A stretch of DNA of 64,000 nucleotides. Source: Alphaproteobacteria bacterium. Lineage in GTDB: Bacteria > Pseudomonadota > Alphaproteobacteria > MPNO01. The stretch lies in the NCBI GenBank assembly GCA_964291675.2, contig OZ219865.1:704001-768000 (forward strand). Reading direction: 5' to 3'. How positions within the stretch are numbered: the first letter of the stretch is position 1; every line of letters starts with the position of its first letter. This document shows positions 57,620 through 64,000 of the stretch, in pieces. A model generated the notes under the pieces. That model was not told the origin of the DNA, made no database searches, and saw only the letters and a list, made by a program, of their open reading frames with translations. Made by a program: the position numbers and the translations under genes.

Positions 57620-59264
57620 CGTCCTCGACCCAGCGGGCAGGGGTTTCGGGCTCGACCGCGCGGCGCCGGCGCTGCGCGGTGAGCCGGCCGTTCTCCAGGT
57701 AATCGCCCGCGACGGCGCGCCGGGCGGCCTGCTCCCAGCGCTCATCCCAGTCGCCCAGCGAATACCCCGCCCACGGGCTCTCGGGGTTGAGCGGCGGCAG
57801 GTCCAGCCGTTCCCAGATTTTTCGCGCGCGGTCCATGAAGGCTTCCCGGGGAAGCGCGACCGGCGGCATGTCGCCCTTCAGCGTGGCGTCGATCAGCAGC
57901 GTCGAGTCCTCGAAATCCGGGTCTTCCGTCTTCGGCCCGTGGCCGCGGTGGCGATGGTCGAGCACGGCCGAGTCCTCGCGCGGGTTGGCGCGGTAGGCGA
58001 TCGACCACCAGACGGCATCGGCGTTCTCGGGATCGATGTCGTCGGACACCGCGACGACGTATTTGCCGCAGGCCGATTGCAGCGAGGACGCGCCGTAGAG
58101 CGCCCGCCACACCTCGGTCCGCGGCACGCCGCGCGCGAACTGGACGAAGATCACCCGGCGGATATTGGTCAGCGGCTCGTGCATGACCACCCGCCTGACT
58201 CCTTCGATGCCGAGACGCTCGGTCAGGTGGGCGAGGAACAGGGGCTCGTAGGCGACCCGCTTGATGACGCTCGATTCGGACGGCGTCACCTGGCTTATGA
58301 TCGAGGGCAGGATGGCGCCGCGGCGGTGGGTGATCGCGCTCACCCGCATGATCATGTTGTAGTCTTCCAGCGCCACATGGCCGTGGCTCTCGCCGAACGG
58401 CGCCTCCGGCTCGACGAGCTCGGTGTCGATCCACCCCTCGATGACGATCTCGGAGTCCGCGGGCACCGTGAGATCCACTGTGCGGCACTCGACGACAACG
58501 ATCGGGGCGCCGGCGATTCCCCCGGCCACCGCCACCTCGTCGAGCCCCATCTGGAGCTTCTGCGGCGCGCAATAGGCGACCGCCGGCGGCGGGCCGAGGA
58601 CGATGGCGCAGGGCATGGGCTCGCCGCGCTCCCGGTATTGCCGCCAGTGGCGATAGCCCTCGGCGCCGCCCGACCGCGTCGCCATGCGGACCGCGAGCCG
58701 GTCCGGCGCCTTGAGCCCGGCCCGGTAGGTCCCCATGTTCTGCACCCCGGTCTCGGGGTTCCGGGTGACGCAGCCGGTCGCGGTGAGATAGGGCGCGGCG
58801 TCGAAGCCGGGGGTCGAGATCGGCACCGGAAGCGCATCGAGCCCCCGCCCCTCGCCGCGCAGCGCGTCGCCCTCGACCACCGCCTCCTGGCAGGGCGCGC
58901 GCGACACCGCGACGGGCGGCACCGGATGGGCGATCGCCTCGCTCCAGCGCGCGCCGATCCTGTCGACCGGCACGCCCATGCCGATGGCGTAGATCCGGGC
59001 GCTGGCGGCAAGCGCGCCGATGACGACCGGCATGTCGTAGCGCCTGCCCTTCGCATCGGCGACGTTGGAGAACAGGAAGGCCTTGCGCTGGTCTTCCCGC
59101 AACCCCCCGCGGAACTGCCAGCGGACCAGCGGATGCATCTCGGCATCCTTGTCGATCGGCGCGTCGACGCGGAACAGGAGACCCGCCCGGTCGAGCGCGC
59201 GGATATGGTCGCGGAAATCCGGGTAGGCGCGCCGCGCGGCCGGGTCCGGGAGGGCGGTCGCCAT
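57612..59264 (-). CDS. UbiD family decarboxylase, paralog 2
   Basis: QNMGTYR, PADSEIVIEG, EAPFGESHG and LIDAT motifs. Confidence 0.9.
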   Translation of the reverse strand: MATALPDPAARRAYPDFRDHIRALDRAGLLFRVDAPIDKDAEMHPLVRWQFRGGLREDQRKAFLFSNVADAKGRRYDMPVVIGALAASARIYAIGMGVPVDRIGARWSEAIAHPVPPVAVSRAPCQEAVVEGDALRGEGRGLDALPVPISTPGFDAAPYLTATGCVTRNPETGVQNMGTYRAGLKAPDRLAVRMATRSGGAEGYRHWRQYRERGEPMPCAIVLGPPPAVAYCAPQKLQMGLDEVAVAGGIAGAPIVVVECRTVDLTVPADSEIVIEGWIDTELVEPEAPFGESHGHVALEDYNMIMRVSAITHRRGAILPSIISQVTPSESSVIKRVAYEPLFLAHLTERLGIEGVRRVVMHEPLTNIRRVIFVQFARGVPRTEVWRALYGASSLQSACGKYVVAVSDDIDPENADAVWWSIAYRANPREDSAVLDHRHRGHGPKTEDPDFEDSTLLIDATLKGDMPPVALPREAFMDRARKIWERLDLPPLNPESPWAGYSLGDWDERWEQAARRAVAGDYLENGRLTAQRRRRAVEPETPARWVEDDD

Positions 59265-60023
59265 CTACCACATGGCCGAGCCGCCATCGACGACGATGGT
59301 CTGGCCCGTGACGAAGTCGCTGTCGGCGGACGCGAGATAGATGCAGGCGCCGACCAGGTCGTCCGGCGTCTCGTCCTGCTTGATCGCCCGCGTCGCCCGC
59401 GTGCGCTCCGGCCCGCCGCCCATCCAGTTGGTGCGCTTCAGGACGTTCTCCGACATCGTCGAGCCCGGCGCGATGGCGTTGACGCAGATATTGTCGTCGC
59501 CGAGCTCGCGGGCGAGCGAGCGGGTGATGCCGAGCACCGCGGCCTTGGACGCGTCGTAATGCAGGAAGAAGGGCGCGCCCTTGAAAATCCGCCCGGTGCA
59601 GATCGAGACGATCTTGCCGTAATGCTTCTTGCGCATCTCCGGCGCCGCCGCCTTGCAGCAGAGCCAGACGCCCTTGGCGTTGACCGCGAGCACCCTGTCC
59701 CATTCCTCGACGGCGATCTCGTCGAAGGGCTTGCGCTCCACCGCGGTGAACACGGCGGCGTTGTTGACGAGGATGTCGAGCCCGCCGAAGGCCGCCACCG
59801 TGCGCGCGACCATGGCCTTGCAGGACTCCTCGTCGGCGACATCGGTGGGCACGTCGATGGCCTCGGCGCCGCCGGCCTTCAACTCGTCCACCACGGACTG
59901 TCCGGAGTCGAGGTCGGCGATGGCGATCTTCGCCCCCTCCGCCGCCATCGCGCGGGCGAAGGCCGCGCCGATACCCTGCGCGGCGCCGGTGACTATCGCG
60001 ACGCGTCCGTCAAGCCGTCCCAT
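59265..60023 (-). CDS. SDR family oxidoreductase
   Basis: TGAAQGIG, NNAA, YDASK and VNAIAPG motifs. Confidence 0.92.
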   Translation of the reverse strand: MGRLDGRVAIVTGAAQGIGAAFARAMAAEGAKIAIADLDSGQSVVDELKAGGAEAIDVPTDVADEESCKAMVARTVAAFGGLDILVNNAAVFTAVERKPFDEIAVEEWDRVLAVNAKGVWLCCKAAAPEMRKKHYGKIVSICTGRIFKGAPFFLHYDASKAAVLGITRSLARELGDDNICVNAIAPGSTMSENVLKRTNWMGGGPERTRATRAIKQDETPDDLVGACIYLASADSDFVTGQTIVVDGGSAMW

Positions 60024-61687
60024 GTGAGCTCTCCCTCCTCGCTTCCCGAACCGCTCGCCCCGGGGTTCCCCTCGTCGAGCGTGCGGACTTCGGTGTTCAT
60101 CGCGACGTCGCCGCGCCGGCGCTGGGCGATGATCCGCCCGGTCTCCCAATACTCGCTGCGCACGGCGCGGCGCGCCATCGTTTCCAGATCCTCGTTCCAC
60201 TCGCCGAGATCGTAGCCGAACCACGGCCGCTCCGGCCTGAGCTTCGGCAGGCCGAGCTCGTTCCAGATCTCGGCCGCCGCCTCCATGTACTGGCGCTTGG
60301 GCAGCGAGACCGGCGGGAAGGTCTCTTTCAGCGTCGCGTCCACCAGCACCGCCGAGTCCTCCGAATCGAGCAGGCTGCGCGGGCCGTGGCCCTCGTCCTT
60401 GTGCTTGAGGATCTCGACGTCGCGATGCGGCTTGGAGCGGTAGGACATCGCCCAGAAGACGGCGTTGGTGTCGTCGGGATCGATGTCCTCGTTGACCGCG
60501 ATCACCCACTTGCCTTCGGCGCGGCGCAGCGAGGCGACGCCGTAGAGCGCGCGCCAGATCTCGGTGCGCGGCGTCTCGCGCGCGACGACGACGACGATCA
60601 GCTTGTGCAGCGAGGTGAGCGGCTCGTGGGTGGCGACGTGCTTCACCCCCTTGATGCCGAGATGGTCGCGCAGGTGCTCGATCTGCGCCGCCTCGTAGGC
60701 GGGCCGCTTGATGGCGCTGGATTCGGACGGCGTGACCTGACTCACCCAGGAGGTGATGATCGCATCGCGCCGCCTGGTGATCGCGGTCACGTCCACGTAG
60801 CCGTTGTATTCCTGGAGGTTGACATGGCCGTGGCTCTCGCCGAACGGCGCCTCGGGCTCCAGCAGCTCGGTGGAGACGAAGCCCTCGATCACCACCTCGG
60901 CCTCGGCGGGGACCAGGAGATCGACCGTGCGCGCCCGCGTCACGTTGAGCGGCTTCCCCACCAGCCCGCCCGAGACCCAGAGCTCGTCGAGCTTCTCCGG
61001 CAGCTTCTGGACGGCGGTGAACGAGACGATCGGCGGGGCGCCGAGGACGATGGCACACGGCATCGGCTCGCCCCGCTTCTTCCACGCCTCCCAGTGCATG
61101 TAGCCGCCGGTCCTGAGCTCGATCGACGGGTTCATGCCGATCCGGTTGGGCGCCTTCAGCATCCCCCGGTAGTTGCCCATGTTCTGGACGCCGGTCTCGG
61201 GGTCCTTGGTGATGAAATGCGACGAGGTGGTGTAGGGCGCGTTGTCCCAGCCCGGCGATGAGATCGGCACCGGCAGCGCATCGAGCCCGCTTCCGTCGAG
61301 CAGGTCGCCGTCGCGGTAGACGATCTCCTGGCACGGCGCGTCGTCGACGCGGTTGGGCTCCACCGGCGCGTTCATCGCCCGGATCCAGTTCTCCTTGATC
61401 TCGGCCAGCGGCACGCCCATGCCCATCTCGTAGACCCGGCTGTTGGCGGCGAGACCGCAGACCAGGACCGGGATGTCGAAGTCGCGCCCCTTGGAGTCGG
61501 TGACGTTGGTGAACAGGAACGCCTTGCGGTCCTCGGCGTCGATGCCGCCGCGGAACTGCCAGCGCACCAGCGGGTGCATCTCGGTGTCCTTGTTGATCCG
61601 CCGGTCGACCTCGATCAGCAGGCCGGCCTCGCGCAGCGCGGCGATGTGTTCGTGCAGGTCCCGGTATCCGCGGGCGGGCATCGACAT
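59993..61687 (-). CDS. UbiD family decarboxylase, paralog 1
   Basis: QNMGNYR, PAEAEVVIEG, EAPFGESHG and LVDAT motifs; ATG 61687 after GGGAG. Confidence 0.9.
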   Translation of the reverse strand: MSMPARGYRDLHEHIAALREAGLLIEVDRRINKDTEMHPLVRWQFRGGIDAEDRKAFLFTNVTDSKGRDFDIPVLVCGLAANSRVYEMGMGVPLAEIKENWIRAMNAPVEPNRVDDAPCQEIVYRDGDLLDGSGLDALPVPISSPGWDNAPYTTSSHFITKDPETGVQNMGNYRGMLKAPNRIGMNPSIELRTGGYMHWEAWKKRGEPMPCAIVLGAPPIVSFTAVQKLPEKLDELWVSGGLVGKPLNVTRARTVDLLVPAEAEVVIEGFVSTELLEPEAPFGESHGHVNLQEYNGYVDVTAITRRRDAIITSWVSQVTPSESSAIKRPAYEAAQIEHLRDHLGIKGVKHVATHEPLTSLHKLIVVVVARETPRTEIWRALYGVASLRRAEGKWVIAVNEDIDPDDTNAVFWAMSYRSKPHRDVEILKHKDEGHGPRSLLDSEDSAVLVDATLKETFPPVSLPKRQYMEAAAEIWNELGLPKLRPERPWFGYDLGEWNEDLETMARRAVRSEYWETGRIIAQRRRGDVAMNTEVRTLDEGNPGASGSGSEEGELTWDGLTDASR

Positions 61688-61877
61688 GGGCACGGCACTC
61701 CCTCCGGCGACCCGGCGGGAGTCGCGGAAAACGGTTCGTCGGCAGCCAAGCGTGCGGCAATCTATTGGCGCGCTATCGGCCTGACAACCGGCGCGAGGGC
61801 TTTTGCGCGGGCGCGAGGTCGGGCGTATCCTTCGAGCGGATTCGAGGCGACTCGGAGAACAGGACAAGGAGCAGGAC

Positions 61878-62900
61878 ATGTCGTTCAAACGCGTACGCAC
61901 GGCGCTCGGGCTGGTTGCGGGAATTCTGGCGCTCGGCACGGCGGCGACCGCCTCGGCGGACGTCGCGGGCTTCTACGAGGACAAGCACGTGACCATCGTC
62001 GTTCCGGCTGGGCTCGGCGCCTCGCTCGGCCTCTACGGCCGCCTGCTGGCCGAGCACTGGGGCAACCACATCCCGGGCAAGCCGAATGTGATCGTGCAGT
62101 CCAGGCCGGGCGGCGGCGGCACCAAAGGCGCGGCCTATGTCTACAACGCCGCACCCAAGGACGGCACGGTCGTCGCCGAGGTGCTGGCGCCGTCGGTGCT
62201 GGCGCCGATCCTCCGCAACGTCAAGTTCGACGCGACCAAATTCCAGTGGCTCGGCTCGATCACCCAGCGCCCGAGCGTGGTCTCCGTGTTCCACAACGCC
62301 CCGGCGACGACGCTGGAAGGGGCGAAGAAGACGGAGGTCATCATGGGCTCGACCGGTTTCGGCTCCGAGACCTATCTGATGCCCAGGCTGATGAACCACC
62401 TGCTCGGCACCAGGTTCAAGATCGTCAAGGGCTACAAGGGCGGCGCCTCGATCAACAAGGCGATGGCCCAGGGCGAGGTGCACGGCCGGATGAACTACTG
62501 GACCGGCTGGACGACGATCAAGAACGACTGGCTGAAGACCGGCAAGCTCAAGCACCTGATCCAGTACGGGCCGCGCATTCCGGAGCTGCCGGACGTGCCC
62601 AGCATCGGCGATTTGGTGACCTCGGAAGACGGCAAGAAGATGATCAGGTTCATCGAGGTCTGCGAGCTGATCGGCATGGGCTTCTGGGTCGCGCCAGAAG
62701 TGCCCGAGGACCGGGTGGCGGCGCTGCGTTCGTCCTTCATGGCGACCATGAAGGACCCGGCCTTCCTCGCCGACGCGGAGAAGCGGCGCGCGCCGGTGGC
62801 GCCGATCGCGGGCACCGAGCTCGTCAAGCTGGTCAATGACGGGCTGAAGGTCTCGCCCGAGCTGGTCGCCAAGATGAAGACCGCCTTCGGCTTCAAGTAG
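61878..62900 (+). CDS. Tripartite tricarboxylate transporter substrate-binding protein (Bug/TctC-like)
   Basis: Signal peptide; PGGGG...APKDG, GYKGG...GEV and LPDVP motifs. Confidence 0.88.
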   Translation: MSFKRVRTALGLVAGILALGTAATASADVAGFYEDKHVTIVVPAGLGASLGLYGRLLAEHWGNHIPGKPNVIVQSRPGGGGTKGAAYVYNAAPKDGTVVAEVLAPSVLAPILRNVKFDATKFQWLGSITQRPSVVSVFHNAPATTLEGAKKTEVIMGSTGFGSETYLMPRLMNHLLGTRFKIVKGYKGGASINKAMAQGEVHGRMNYWTGWTTIKNDWLKTGKLKHLIQYGPRIPELPDVPSIGDLVTSEDGKKMIRFIEVCELIGMGFWVAPEVPEDRVAALRSSFMATMKDPAFLADAEKRRAPVAPIAGTELVKLVNDGLKVSPELVAKMKTAFGFK

Positions 62901-62997
62901 AGGGTTCGCCCGCCGCCGGCCGCGGCGGCGGGCGTCCTTGTTCCGCGGCGCTCCGCTGTGGGACACTCGCCACTTTCGGGAAAGGGGGAGAGCCGCC

Positions 62998-63996
62998 ATG
63001 TCGAGATCGAAGATCGCAAGTGCGCTGCTGGCCGCGACCGTGCTTTGGGCGGGCGCGTCCACGGCGTCCGCCGAAGTCAAGCTGAACCTGGTCTATCCGT
63101 TCCCGGATTTCCTGATCTACACCAAGCAGTGCAAGCAGCTCGCCGCGGACATCACGGCGGCGGCCAAGGGCAAGCTCGCGATCAACGTGCTGCCGTTCAA
63201 CTCGATCAAGATGTTCCAGCAGCCGCCTGCCGTGCGCAAGGGCCGGGTCGACCTCTATTGCGGGCCCTACGCCTTCTTCGCCCGGGCGGTGCCGGAGAAC
63301 GAGGCGGTCGCGACCTCCCCCTCCAACCCGGCGGTGGTGCGCGCCAATGGCGGGCTCAAGATGCTGGACGAGATCCAGCAGAAATATTTCGGCGTCAAGA
63401 ACCTCGGCTGGACCTCGGCGGGCGGGCGCTTCCGCATCTACATGGCGAACGCTCCCAAGTTCGACGACAAGGGCATGCTGAACCTCGACGGCGTGAAGCT
63501 GCGCGACAACCCGATCTACGGCGCCTTCTTCCGCGCGATGAACGCGACCACCCACCCGCTGCCGGCGACGCAGGTCTATTCGGCGCTGGAGAAGGGCGTG
63601 GTCGACGCCGCCGCCTGGGCCACCATCGGCCTCAAGGGCCTGAAATGGGACAAGTTCCTGCGCCACGCGGTGGAGCCGGAGTTCTACCACACCGATATCG
63701 GCTGGTTCATCAACCTGAAGACGTGGAACGGCCTGGATTCCGCGCTCCGCAAGCAGGTCCAGGACATGGTGATCGCCAACGAGTTGGCGGTCCGCAAGGT
63801 CCTGCTGGAGGAGTCGAAGAAGGAGCGGGCCACGCTCGCCAAGGAGGGCATGGAGTTCCACACCGTCCCGGCGGCCGCGGTCTATTCCAAGCTCGCCGTC
63901 GATTCGGCCTATGCGCGCATGCTCGACCGCCTCGAGAAGGCGAAGCGGCCGACCGGGCACGTCGCCAAGCTGCGCGAGCTCTGGCAGCAGCAATAG
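62998..63996 (+). CDS. TRAP transporter substrate-binding protein (DctP family)
   Basis: Signal peptide; GVKLR and VYSALEKGVVD motifs. Confidence 0.85.
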   Translation: MSRSKIASALLAATVLWAGASTASAEVKLNLVYPFPDFLIYTKQCKQLAADITAAAKGKLAINVLPFNSIKMFQQPPAVRKGRVDLYCGPYAFFARAVPENEAVATSPSNPAVVRANGGLKMLDEIQQKYFGVKNLGWTSAGGRFRIYMANAPKFDDKGMLNLDGVKLRDNPIYGAFFRAMNATTHPLPATQVYSALEKGVVDAAAWATIGLKGLKWDKFLRHAVEPEFYHTDIGWFINLKTWNGLDSALRKQVQDMVIANELAVRKVLLEESKKERATLAKEGMEFHTVPAAAVYSKLAVDSAYARMLDRLEKAKRPTGHVAKLRELWQQQ

Positions 63997-64000
63997 GACC

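Noticed and set aside
55985-61687. Ubiquinone biosynthesis ubiD
   Set aside because: Three divergent paralogs in a catabolic context with no other ubi genes
1-64000. tRNA, rRNA, riboswitch or prophage genes
   Set aside because: None recognised by eye; short structured RNAs cannot be excluded without a covariance-model search

Overview
GC-rich bacterial DNA, most likely alphaproteobacterial (inferred from the gene families and palindromic intergenic repeats), densely packed with catabolic and transport genes. No rRNA, tRNA or CRISPR array was seen. Left part: flavin monooxygenases, a maleate isomerase-like gene, a class III aminotransferase, hydantoinase/oxoprolinase A and B separated by a yceIJ / DUF1501-DUF1800 / toxin-antitoxin / broken cysNC block, an aromatic-acid CoA ligase, a nitroreductase-TrmO-YrdC-RidA-MetE-like run and a dctPQM TRAP transporter. 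Middle: two directly repeated, frameshifted IS1380-family elements around a ~0.95 kb passenger, ald, an AhpD-like gene interrupted by an in-frame TGA in a CxxU context with a SECIS-like hairpin (probable selenoprotein), a REP cluster containing a 593-bp MITE-like insert with a 9-bp duplication, and prpDBC. Right part (~40-64 kb): a catabolic island with three UbiD-family decarboxylases, an SDR, two TPP enzymes, two alpha-hydroxy acid oxidases, an ABC transporter, a Rieske + small protein + amidohydrolase-fold module (candidate dinuclear oxygenase), a second PrpD/ICL-family pair, cupins and TTT/TRAP binding proteins. All product calls come from motif recognition by eye; no database searches were run.
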